Below are positions 1 to 15,800 of a stretch of 64,000 nucleotides of DNA, in pieces. The stretch is from the human T2T-CHM13v2.0 reference genome, Homo sapiens: assembly GCA_009914755.4 (NCBI GenBank), contig CP086569.2:7680001-7744000 (forward strand). Reading direction: 5' to 3'. Within the stretch, counting starts at the first letter, position 1. Each line of letters starts with the position of its first letter. The notes under the pieces are model-generated. The model made no database searches and was not told the origin of the DNA. It saw nothing but the letters and a program-made list of their open reading frames with translations. Both the position numbers and the translations under genes were made by a program.

Positions 1-1445
1 CAAGGTATAAAAGTGACCACACCTTGGTGCTGGGTTTATCAATATGTCACAATCTCCCCTGTGATCAGGTCAAGACAAGAGAGTAGAAACATGACCTAAG
101 TGCTGAGCAAAGTGATATGTTGTTACAAAGCTTCTCATTGGTAGAACCCAAAAGGGAGAGTCACAGCACCTGGGTGCAGAACCCAGTTATGTGTCTTAAT
201 GCACCATAAGTGCAGGGCCAAGGCAGTAGAAGGGAGTCACAGTGCAGTTTGTAGGCAATCCCAGGCACCTATGCTTAGGTGTATGGTTCAATTATGTCAC
301 AGTTTTGTCTGTGGTTATGGCCTAAAAAGGAGAGTCCAGTTATTCAGAAGCTAGGCTAACTTTTGTCTTAAGCGCACACCAGGAAATATTCAGATATAAG
401 TTTCACAGTCCCATGAAAGTCCAACATTTGAGTATTTGAGTCAACACACCCTATCAGTTGGGTTGAAGTAGAGGAGTCACAATCTCAACAGTGGGCAAGA
501 TCCATGTATAAGATGCCCAATTCCACTTGAAGATTGTGTTCCAGTAGGGGAGTCACAGCCTCACAGGTGTGCTGAATTATGCATCACCAAAAGACCCGGG
601 GATCAGATCCAAGTATGAGAGGAACAGTTTCAAACTTTGACAGCTCTTTTGTGTGAGATTTAGTACCTATTTTTTTGGCTCTGTTCTTGTGAGAGAATGA
701 CAGTCGGGTCAGCTGAATATATATCCAAGGGTCTCAATAGCATCAGATTGCTGTCCCTGTTATGAAATTATTTGTACTACTCAGGCTTTATGTCATATGC
801 CTGAGTGTCATAGTTTTCTGTAAACTTTATAAAATTAGTAGACACATTTCTTTACTTATGGTCATAAGACTGGTTATGAAAGACAAAATATCTCTTCTTT
901 CTGGGTCCAGTTATAATAGCTGTATTTATCCATGTCAGCTGAACCCAGATCTGTCACTGTTTCTCCTGTGCGCAGAACCAAAACAGGAGAGTCTCATCAC
1001 CAGGATTCTAAGCTCACAATACATTATAATATCTTTTTCAGGCAGTGCCAAGTCAGAAGAGTCATGTCATCTGGGTACAGCCTCAAGGTGCTAGCCTCAG
1101 CAATATTTAATAATGCCTTATTTCGCAGACTCCAGAATAAAGAGGAGAATTGCATTATTTAACTTTTGCATTCAGCACTATGTACCTATTTCTTTAGTGC
1201 ACATTACCTAGGCAGGAGAGAGAAGTGACATTTCCTAGATGCTACATTAAAAGATGTCACAATGTTCCTTGGGAGCAAAGCACAGGTAAAATAGACAAAT
1301 CACCTAGGGGATACTCTTGGAGATATGTGATAATATTTCTTGTTGGCAGTGCCCAGGCAGAAGAATGCACATACAGGAAACAATTTAAGCAAAAGCTTTA
1401 ACACGTGGCTACTAGGCCCAGTGATATGACACGATCTCAATGACC
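1..1445 (-). repeat. Beta-satellite-like (BSR/Sau3A family) tandem array in '-' orientation, reading ...GGAGAGTCACA.CACCT.GGTGCTG...ATATGTCACAAT...
   Basis: Contiguous 68-77 bp units, each carrying the reverse complement of the ATTGTGACATAT / GGTGATGTGACTCTCC core. Positions 280-1440 are co-linear with 61860-63100 in the same orientation. Confidence 0.6.
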
Positions 1446-2540
1446 CAATATCTCATCAGGGCTCTTATACATGGATCTTGCCTATTGTTGAGATTGTGAC
1501 TCCTCTACTTTGGCCTAACTAATAGACAGGATTGATTCACATACATGAAACCGGGATTTGTGTGGGATGTGAAAATTATTTCTGAAACTTTCTTAGCATG
1601 TGATTGGGGCAGGTAACTTTGCCAAGCACATAAATAACCTGTTTCTCTTTTCTAGGCTGAGATCACAGATGAAATTGTGCCATATGTGGAACAAGCACCT
1701 AAGCAATATACAATACTTTCCTTGACTCTGCCTAAAAAGGGCACCTTTATATATCACTGGGACCATAATCAAGATGATGTGAATTACCTGCCTGAAGCCT
1801 GCCTGCAAAGACAATTGTGTCCTATAACTAGGTCCATCACATAAGTGATGTTACTCCTTTGTACTGCCTTGACCCTGCAGTTACAGTGCATTGTGACACA
1901 TAACTGGGAACTTCCTCCAGGTTATGGGATTCTCCTTTTTGTGTTCTGCCAACAGGAAGCATTGTAACATATCACTTGGTTCAGAACCTAAGGTGATGTT
2001 TCTTCACTTGTGCCTGGGTTCTGACCACAGGGAGATTGTGACATAGCTGAACCCACTGCCAACATGAGGTCACTCTCCAGCCTTGGTACTGTACATAAGT
2101 CAAATTTGGACATACATCTAAGCCAATTGCCTAGGTTAACTGAGTCTCACCTCTTTCCAAAGTCATGTTCACAGGGGGGTTTTGATGTCTGTGAAACCAG
2201 CATCCAGGTGATGTGACTCATCTGCCAAGGTTCTACCCACAAGGTGGATTGTGATATCTCACTGGAGGCACACCCACATAGGTGATGTGACTTTCTTGCA
2301 TTCTCTGACCAGAGTTGATACTGTGCCATACAATTGAGATGATAACAAAAGCCTAATAATAGCTAATATGGCTGAAGCAAGGATATGTGCAGCATGGTGA
2401 CTCTTATTCTTAAACCCTTGCACAAGTTTAACTGTGACACATACCTTTGCCCAGCTCTTGAGTGATTTGATAGTTCTGCCTAGATGTAGCCCACAAATGA
2501 GATTTTGACAAATACCTGGGCCAAGCACCTTGGTGATTTC
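1446..2540 (+). repeat. Beta-satellite-like array in '+' orientation
   Basis: Units read ATTGTGACATAT...AGGTGATGTGACTCTCCTGCCTGG. The landmark GGGATTGGG.TCTTATACATGGATCT at about 1463 recurs at about 11607, 21780 and 40097. Confidence 0.6.
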
Positions 2541-2555
2541 ACTCTTGCTATCTTA
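2541..2555. repeat. Target-site duplication ACTCTTGCTATCTTA, left copy, of the L1 insertion
   Basis: The same 15-mer recurs at 6884-6898, immediately after the L1. Uninterrupted paralogous satellite units (41165, 15440) read ...GACTCTGTCATCTTAACAATGTCCTCAGG... across the empty site. Confidence 0.8.
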
Positions 2556-5462
<2,907 letters not shown>

Positions 5463-6883
5463 AAGAATTTTCAACCCAGAATTTCATATCTAGCCAAACT
5501 AAGCTTCATAAGTGAAGGAGAAATAAAATACTTTACAGACAAGCAAGTGCTGAAAGATTTTGTCACCACAGGGCCTGCCCTAAAGGAACTCCTGAAGGAA
5601 TCACTAAACATGGGAAGGAAAAACCAGTACCAGCCACTTCAAAAACATGCCAAATTGTAAAGACCATCAAGGCTAGGAAGAAACTGCATCAACTTATGAG
5701 CAAAATATCCAGCTAACATCATAATGACAGGATCATATTCACACATAACAATATTAACCTTAAATGTAAATGGGCTAAATACTCCAATCAAAAGACACAG
5801 CCTGACAAATTGGATGAACAGTCAAGACCCATCAGTGTGCTGTAGTCAGGAAATGCATCTCATGTGCAGAGACACATATAGGCTCAAAATAAGGGGATGG
5901 AGGAAGATCTACCAAGCAAATGGAAAACAAAAAAAGGCAGGGGTTGCAATCCTAGTGTCTGATGAAAAAGACTTTAAACCAACAAAGATCAAAAGAGACA
6001 AAGAAGGTCATTACATAATGGTAAAAGGATCAATTCAACAAGAAGAGCTACTAACCTCAATATATATCCACCCAATACAGGAACAACCAGATTCATAAAG
6101 CAAGTCCTTAGTGACCTACAAAGAGACTTAGACTCCCATACAATAGTAATGGGAGATTTTAACAACCCTCTCTCAACATTAGACAGATCAATGAGACAAA
6201 AAGTTAACAAGGATATCCAGGAATTGAACTCAGCTCTGCACCAAGTAAACCTAATAGATATCTACAGTACTCTCCACCACAAATCAACAGAATATACATT
6301 CTTTTCAGCATCACACCACACCTATACCAAAATTGAACACATAGTTGGAAGTAAAGCACTCCTCAGCAAATATAAAAGAACAGAAATTATAACAAACTGT
6401 CTCTCAGACCACAGTGCAATCAAACTAGAACTCAGGATTAAGAAATTTACTCAAAACCACTCAACTACATGGAAACTGAACAACCTGCTCCTGAATCACT
6501 ACTGGGTACATAACAAAATGAAGGCAGAAATAAAGATGTTCTTTGAAACCAAAGATAACAAAGACACAACATACCAGAATCTCTGGGACGCATTCAAAGC
6601 AGTGTGTAGAGGGAAATTTATAGCACTAAATGCCCACAAGAGAAAATGGGGAATATCTAAAATTCGCACCCTAACATCGCAATTAAAAGAACTAGAGAAG
6701 CAAGAGCAAACATGTTGAAAAGCTAGCAGAAGGCAAGACAGAACTAAGATCAGAGCAGAACTGAAGGAAATAGAGACACAAAAAGCCCTTCAAAAAATCA
6801 GTCAATCCAGGAGGTGGTTTTTTGAAAAGATCAACAAAATTGATAGACTGCTAGCAAGACTAATAAAGAAGAAAAGAGAGAAG
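5463..6883 (+). mobile_element. Inverted 5' segment of the same LINE-1: ORF1 3' end, inter-ORF spacer and ORF2 endonuclease N-terminal region, sense orientation
   Basis: ORFs 5724-6098(+) and 6149-6718(+) read MTGSYSHITILTLNVNGLN...[15 protein letters not shown] and ...[16 protein letters not shown]..., which are the L1 ORF2 EN domain. It lies inverted relative to the 3' part, the hallmark of twin priming. It ends at ...AAGAGAGAAG directly before the TSD. Confidence 0.85.
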
Positions 6884-9800
6884 ACTCTTGCTATCTTAAC
6901 AATGTCCTCAGGGGGTATTGTAACATATTTCCAGACACATCATCTAGGTTACATGACTTCCCTCTCCTGCCTGTGCCCAGCTCCCTATGGTAATTGTAGC
7001 ATTTCTAAACACTACATCCAAATATGACTGTTTTGTCTGAGCTCTGTCAACAGGAAGTATTGTGACATATTTTTGGGCCAAAGATTTAGGTGATATGACT
7101 CTCCTCTTCTGCCTGGACATTCCCTACAAGGGACATTGTGCCACAGAGCTGGATCTAGCACACAACTTATGTGACATTTTTGACAGGGCCTGCCTACAAA
7201 GAGAATATTGGAATATGTATGGTCCAGCATTTAGGTGATAAGACCATTCTGCCTGCTTTATAACCACAGAGAATACTGTAACAGATGTCTAGGCATGGCT
7301 CACAGAAATGATAATATCTCTCATATGTGTACTCAGCCAATAAAGGATATTTTGACACTTAAAACTAGATTTAAGGACATGTGTGATGTCCTGTCTCACC
7401 TTCTTCTACAAAGGTCACAAAAGATTACAACACTCATACATATTTTAGAAGGTCTTTGGGTTATACAGACAGAGTCAAAGCAGGGCTCAGCACATAGGTG
7501 AAATTGTGAGTCTTGTATGCACACCCAGCTGACAGAAAGAAATGAACGAAAGGACTGGACACGGATGAAATTGTGACATATACCTAAAAAACATCTAGGT
7601 GTTATGACTTTCTATTTCTGCCTGAGCACTGCCTATTTGTGGCATTGGGCCATATCTCTGAGCCCATGACCTAAGTGATGTGAGTCTCTCATTCTGTCTA
7701 AGCCTTTACAATGGGAAGATTGTGTTGTGTTGATGAGCCCAGCACTTAGGTAACATGACTTTCATCGTATTGCCAAACAACACCCACAAGCAGGAATTTT
7801 GCTGTAGTTCAGAGCCTCACACCTGGATTATGTTACACTTATGCCTAGGTAATGCATAAAGAGAATTTCAGCATATTCCTGGGCCTAGCACACTTGTGAT
7901 GTGACTCTCCTGCCTGTGCCAGAGCCAGAGAAGGTATTTTGAAATATCTTTGGCCCATTCCATAGGTGTTTTGGGTCTTCTCACTTTGCTCGGTTTCTTC
8001 TACATGAGATTGTGTCATATTGCTGGCTCCAGATCCCAGTTAATGTGACATTCTTTCCTACATCCTGCCTAGACAAGACATTGTGTCATATTTTTTGCTA
8101 TAGCACCTAAGTGATATCAACTTTCTGCCTACTTTTTTGCCCACAAATTTGATTATGACATATACCTTTCTTCAGTTCAAAAGCCTGATGATCACGCTTC
8201 TATTGGGATTCAGCCAATAGGAGATATTTTGCCTTTCACGACTTTAGGTCAGTAGGTAAAATCCTTCACTGCATATTTGAACAAGCTTACAAAATTTTAC
8301 AATACTAACTCATCTCACAAAAACTTACTGGGTGGTACAGAGAATTTCATAACAGCGTCCAGAAAAATGTTAATATCATGACTCCACAACACACTCAGGT
8401 GAAAGTAAAAGTTATTACCATCCTACATCTACAAAGCTCATTGTTGAGGTCCTGAGTCTAATAAGTAAATACAGCTCATAGATGAAATTGTAACTTTTAT
8501 CAAAGAGTCTGGCCACAGGTGGGATGGTGGCTCAATTCTGGACCCAGCTCACAGGTCTAATAATGTTCTCATCCCTGAAACCATCATATAAGAGAGATAT
8601 TGACTGTCATATCTGAGTTTAGTGCAATATATAAAATTGTGAATCCATATAAGCATGTAGGTCTCAGCGAGGTTTCAACTCTCAAGTATGTTGTATAAAG
8701 TTCTCAAATGTTGTATAGAGTTTCATACAATGGCCATCACCCACATGAGTTTGTGACTAACATATACACAACTAGGTAACAGTTAATGGTGTCCCCCTTA
8801 AAGTTGAGGAGATTGAGTCATACCCTTGGCCTGGTACCCCTGTGTTGAGACTTTTTGGTTTAAATTGTTTTCCAGAAGAGCATTTTTACCTATCAATGGA
8901 TTAGAATCATAATAATGTGACTCTTCTGCCTGAGGCCTGAAAACGGGATATTTTCACATATCTCTGGGACTATTGGCTAGGTAATATGTCTCTCCTGCCA
9001 CTGCCCTTCCCATAGGAAACTCTGTAACATATTGCTAGATATAGCATCTAGGTAATGTGACTCTGCTCTCTTGCCTGGATCCTGCCCACTGAAGAAACTG
9101 TGACATATCACTGAGAGCAAAACCTATGTGACATTAATGTTGTCTTTGTCCTGGACTCTATCAAGAAAGGAAATTGTTACATGTTTCTGAGCCCAGCACC
9201 CAGGTGTTGTGATTTTCTTTTTTTCTGCAAACTGTTTACATTGGGCCTGGTGACATATTATACGTGAGGCTGTACCCAGGTGGTATGACTCTTCTGCCTG
9301 GTTTCTGCCCAGAAGTTAGATTCTGACATATAACTAGGGAAGCACCTAGTTGATATGACTGTCCTTTTCTTCGTGGGTCCTTCATACTGGGAACACTGGG
9401 ATATATCTCTGAGCCCAAGACTGAAGTGAAATGACTCATTTCCTGCCTAGTCTTTACAATAAAGGGATTGTGACATATTGCAGAGCCCAGAACTCAGGTT
9501 ATTTGACACTCCTTATTTTCTGGAATCATTCCTATCACCAGAATTTTTGGCCTATTGCAGGGCCCAGCACCCATGCAATGTTCCTCTTTTGCCTGGGTCC
9601 TGCACACAGAGAGATGTATGGCATATTGCTGGGGCCAAAACCCTGATAATTTCCTGTCCAGAACAAAACATTATCTCATGCCTCATGACTGTCCTGGAGC
9701 CACAGAAGGTATTTTGACACATCCGCGGCCCATCATATAGGTGTTCTGATTCTCATCTTTTGTCTGGGTTTCTTTCACAGCTGGGATGGTTTTGTATTGC

Positions 9801-12800
9801 TGAGTCCAGCACCAATTTAATGTGACTCTAATTTCTATACCTTGCCTAGGGAGGGCATTATGACATATTGCTTGGCACAGCACCAAAGAGATATTACCCT
9901 TCTGTGTAGTTTTTTGCCCACATATGAGACTGTGACATATACCTTACTTCAGATCACAGGCATGATGATGAAACTTATATTGGAATCAGCCAATAGGAGA
10001 TATTTTGCCTTTCATCACTAGGCTTAGGGCAATAGATAAGGTTCTGGTTTGCATATTTGTATGAAGCTCACAGAACTTTACAACAATAACTCATAACGTA
10101 TAATCTCTTTGGGTGGTACAGAGAGTTTCAAGAGAAGAACCAGTAAAATGTTCAGATTGGGGTTCTTGATTATGTACCCAAGTGAAAGCAAATGTTGTTT
10201 CCATCCCACATGGCCAAAGCCCAGAATTATGGTCCTGAGTCTAAAATGTAAATACAGTATGAAGTTGGAATTTTGACCTTCCTCTGTGGATCTGAACACA
10301 GGTGGGATGCTGAGTCATTTTTACGTCTAGCTCACAGGCATGATAATGGATCTCATTCCTTAACCCAGCCTACAGGAGAGATATAAAACCTAGGTTTAGG
10401 GCAATAAGTAAGATCTTGAATCTATACTAGCATGTAGGGGTCAGAGTGGTTTGCCACTCTCATGCATGCTGTATAAGACCTTCAAATGTTGTAGAGTGTC
10501 ATACAACAGCCCAGGAAATGTGCAATTGCGACTCTCATATACAAACCCAGCCCACATTTAATGTTGTCAACATCAAAGTCAAAAATATTTGGCATATTAC
10601 TAGGCCTAGTACCCAAGTGTTGTGACCTTTTGGATTAAATTTTTTTCCCACGGGTGCATTGTGACATATCACTGGGTTACAATTATAATAATGTGACTTT
10701 TCTGCCTGGGCCCTGCCAGCAGGGCAAATTATCTCATATCTCTGGGCCTATAAGCTAGGTGATTTGTCTCCCCTCCCTGTGCACTGCCATCAGAAGACAT
10801 TGTGAAATATTGTTTGGCTTAACATCTAGGTTATGTGATCTCTTCTCTGGCCTGGGTCTGCTCACCAAAAAAGTTCTGACATATCGCTGATTGCAAAACC
10901 TAAGTGATGTGACTCTTCTTCATATTCTAGACTGTGCCAATCAAGGGGATTATTGCATATTGCAGAGCACAGCACCTATGTGGAGTGACTCCCCTTTTTC
11001 TTCTTTCCTGTCTACGTTGGGCTTGGGAACATATTATTTGAGGCTATACCCAGGTGATGTGACTCTTCTGAATAGGCACAGCCTACTAAGGAGATTATAC
11101 TCAGCACCCAGGTGATGTGACTCTCCTGCCTTTTCCCTGTTCTCAGGTGGAATTGTAACATATATCTTGGTTAAGCACACATGCACAATAATAACTCTTG
11201 TACTTGGACTCAGACAATAGAGTTACTTTATCTCTCAGATCCAGTCTTAAACCCATGGGTAAAATACTGGATTTTTCACTTTTACAAAGTTCATGAAGGA
11301 TTATAACACTCAGTGTATCATATGAAGTCTTAATGGTACAAAGAGTGTCATAACAGAGAACAGCAATGAGAGGTGAATGGGACTTTTGTATGCACACCTA
11401 GCTGAAATGTTTGTCATTCTCACACAGAACAGGGCCTAGGAATGAGGTACTAAATCTCACATATAAAAAGCAGTCAAAAGATGAAATAATTACTCTCATT
11501 CAGGAATCTGATTCACAGGTGGTTTTGTAACATTTGAACCATGATTAAGCACACTGTGGTGCTCTGATTCCCCTGCTGGAACACAGTTTTCAAGTGGGAT
11601 TGGGGATCTTATACATGGATCTGGTTCAATGTTGAGATGGTGACTCCTTACTTCAACCCAGCTCATAGAAAGAATTGACTCACATAAACAAAACTAGGAC
11701 TTGTGTGGGATGTAAAACTTATTTCTGAACCTTCCTGAGAGTATGATTCGGACAAGGTAACTTTGCTCAGCACATGAATAATTTGATTATCTTTTCTTGA
11801 CCCAGACCACAGAATAAATTGTACCATATGTGAAACAGGCAACTAAGAAATAGATCACCTCTTTCATGGCTCTGCCTACAATGGGAACCTTTATGTATCA
11901 CTGGGACCATCACCCAGGTGATGTGAGTTATCTGCATGAAACCTGCCTACAAAAAGAATTGTGTTTTATATCTAGGTCCATCACATAATGGTCGTGGCTC
12001 CCTGACACTGCCTTGGCATAACTTGGCAGTAGCTAACTTGGCAGCACATAACTACATACTGCACACTGGTGATGTGATTCTTCTTTTTGTGTTCTGCCAA
12101 CAGGAAGCATTGTAACATGTCACTTGCCTCAGCGTCTAGGTGATGTTCCTTGGTTTTTGCCTGTACCTTGATCACAGGGAGATTGTGACATAAAGCTGGG
12201 CTGAGCACGAACGTGAGGCCACTCTCCAGCTTTAGTACTGCACAGAACAGACATCGTGACATATCTAGGCCAATCACCTCGACTAAGTGTGGCTCCTTTC
12301 TTACCAAAGTCCTGCCCAGAGAGGGGGTTTTGATATGTCACTGAAATCAGCATCCAGGTGACATGACTCCTCCACCAGGGTCCTTCTCACAAGGTGGATT
12401 GTGACATCTCACTGGAACTGCACCCACTTCGGTGATGGGACTTTCTTTTTTTTTTTTTCTCTCTTGCCACAAGTGATATTGTGCCACATACCAAAGATTA
12501 TAACAGAAGCCTAATAACAACTCATATGCCTGGAGCCCAGGACTTGTGCATTATAGTGGCTCCTAGTCTTAAGTCTTTCCATGAGAGTAATTGTGACATA
12601 TACCTTTGTGCAACTACTGAGTAATTTAATAATTCTGCCTAAGTATAGCCCATAAATAAGATTTTGACAGATTCATTGGCCAAGCACCTTGGTGCTTTGA
12701 CTGAGGTATCTTAAAAATGTACTCAGAGGAGATTGTAACATATTCCTGGACTCTTCATCTAGGTTACATGACTCCTCTTTTGCCTGTACCTTGCTTCCTT

Positions 12801-15800
12801 TGGTACTTGCAGCTTTTCTAAACACTGCATCCAAATGATTTGACTCCTTGCCTGGGACATGTCAACAGTAGGCATTTTGACATATTTTTGGGCCCATCAT
12901 TCAGGTTGTATTACTCTCCTCTCCTGCCTGGACACTGCCCACAAGGGACATTGTGCCACAGAGCTGGATCTATCACACAAGTTTTGTGAGATTTCTGATA
13001 GGACACTGCCTACAAAAAAAAAAAATTGAAATATTTCTAGCTCAGCAATTGATGATGTGGCTGTTCTGCCTGCTTCACAACAACAGAGGGAATTGTAAAA
13101 TATACCTCAGCATGGCTCACAGGCATAATAATGACTCTCAAATGTGGACTCAGTAAATACAGAATATTTTGACCCTTATAAGTAAGTTTAGGGACATGTG
13201 CGATGCCCTGGATCTCCTTCTTGTACAGCTGTCACAAAAGATGACAACACTCACGTATATTTTACAAAGTCTGTGGACTATACAGACAGAGTCAAAGCAG
13301 GGCTCAGCACTCAAGTGACATTGTGAGTCTTGTATGCACACAGCCAGCTGAAAGTGAGGACTATTATCATCTCACATGGATGAAGGTAACTGTCACACAT
13401 GAAAACAGGACATGTGTGGTATTGTAAATCTTATCTTTGGAATTTTCTGACAGTGTGATTGTGATATAAATCTTTGCTAAGCACCTGTGTAATTTGACTC
13501 ACAAGATTTGTTCCAGCCCACATATGGGATTATGATACCTACCAAGGCCAACATCGAGGTGATATGACTCTCCTGCCTGGTCGTATCTTTCAGTAAAGAT
13601 TGTGACATGTCCCTGGGTCTAGCATCTTGGTGATGTCACATACTTTCCTATGCCAGGTGCCCCAAAATTGTTGTGACATGTTTCTGTGTCCACCACACAG
13701 TTGATGTAAGTCTTCTCTCTGAAATGGGTTCTGTACAACAGAAGGATAGTGACGTATTTCGAGAACAGGCACACAGGAAAGGGTATTCGTTTGCCAGTGG
13801 ATCCCCAAAGGAGGGCATTGTGACATATGTCTGGGCCTATCACCTAGGTTCTGTGACTCTCCTCCTTGGGCTTTTCCAACCTTAAGAGTTACATATTTCT
13901 AGCCCAGGCACACAGGTGATGGTATTCTTTTGCCAGGGCTCTGCTTCATAGTGGACATTGTGGCATATCTCTGGGCCTATCATCTGGGTGAAGTGACGGC
14001 CTCCTTGAGCCCTACACATATGGGGCATTGTGGCATAATCAGAAAACTTGCATCTAGTGTGATATTTCTCTCTTGGCTGGGTGCTGCATTAAGAGAGTCT
14101 TTGACATGTCTTGGGACACAGCCCCCAAGTGATGTTGCTATTCTGCCTGGTTTTTTTCCACATATTACATCGTGACATATTCCTAGGGAAGCACATATGT
14201 GATATGCCTCTCCACTTCTACCTGAGCCCTGTCTACTGGGACATTGGGACATATCTCTGAGCCCATGACCTAAATGATGTGACTCTCCTTTTCTGCCTGG
14301 GCGTTCATAACAGGATTTTGGAACATTGCTGAAGCTAGCACTTAGGATATGTGACTCTCTCCTTTTACCCAAACCTGGCCCACAGGAAAGAAATTTTGAC
14401 CTATTGCATTGCCCAGCACCCAGATGCTGTTAATCATCTACTGGAATCTGCATAAAGAGCTAATTATGACATATTTGCATATTGCTGGTCCCAGCACCCT
14501 TATGATGTGACTTTCCTGCTTGTGCTGGAGCTACTGTAGGTATGTTGACATATCTTGGGCATATTATTTAGGTATTTTGGCTCTCATAACTCAGCTGAGT
14601 TTTTTCCACATGTGGGATTGTATCATATTGCTGGGTCCAGCATGCAGTTAATGTGACTCAATTTCCTATACCCTGCCTAGAGAAGACATTGTGACATATT
14701 TCCTGGCACAGCATCAAAATGATCTTACACTCCTGCCTAGTGTTTTGCACACATATGTAATTATAATATATACCTTACTTCAGTTCACAGCCATGATGAT
14801 CAAACTTACATTGGGATTCAGCCAAAAGAAAATATTTTGCCTTTCATTGTTAGGCTTGTTGAAATAAGTAAGGTCTTGGGTTGCAAGTTTGTACCAAGCT
14901 CACAGAAGCTTACAGCACTAAATTATATTGTATAAGCTCTTTTGTGGTAGAAATTTTCATAACGTGGTCCAGCAAAAAGCTCAGATTGGGACTTTCTATT
15001 ACACACCCAGGTGAAATTAGAAGTTGCCACCATCTCGCATTACAAAGCCAACTGTTGAGGCTCTGAGTCTTAAACCCTCACACAGGGGTTTATGAAATGT
15101 CACTAAAAGGAGCTTCCAGGTGATGTGACCCTTCTCCCAGGGTCCTGCCCACCAAGGGAATTGTCACATCTCACTGGACCCGCACCTACATAGGTGATGT
15201 GACTTTCTTGCCTTCTCTTTGACCACTGGAGATATTGTGCCATTTATCTGAGGCCATAACAAAAGCCTAATAAGAACTCATAAGTCTGCAGCCAGGACAT
15301 GTGCAGGATGGTGTGTCTTATTCTTAAACCTTTCCAGAAGTGTAATTGTATATACACCTTTATACACTACCTGAGAAATTTAATAATTCCATGTAAGTAT
15401 AGCCCACAAATGAGATTTTGACAAATACCTGTGTCAAGCACCTTGTCGATATGACTGTGCTACCTTAACAATGCTTTCAGGGGGAATCACCACATATTTC
15501 TGGATGTATTATCTAGGGTACATGACTCTCATCTTTGGCCTGTACCCAGGTTCCTTTAGTAATTGTAGCATTTCTAAACATTGAATCCAAATGACATGAC
15601 ACTCTCTTGTGGACTGTCTCAATAAGAGGGATTTTGACATATTTTTGGGTTCAGCTTTTATGTGACATGACTCTCCTCTCCTCTCCTGTCTGGATACTGA
15701 GCACAGTGGAATTTGTGCAACAGAGCTGGATTTAGCACACAAGGTATGTGATATTTTGGACAGGAGACTCCCTGTAAACAGAATATTGGAATATTTCTGG

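Noticed and set aside
5724-6718. Two adjacent ORFs (124 and 189 aa) on the plus strand
   Set aside because: Both are the L1 ORF2 endonuclease N-terminus (MTGS.SHITILTLN.NGLN...). They are disrupted by stops and belong to the inverted twin-primed L1 segment.
12440-12462. Poly-T tract and several (A)n tracts (43814-43835, 46120-46135, 47431-47467), considered as possible terminators or regulatory elements
   Set aside because: All but 12440 are Alu or L1 poly(A) tails. The 12440 tract is a short homopolymer inside a satellite monomer with no other regulatory context.
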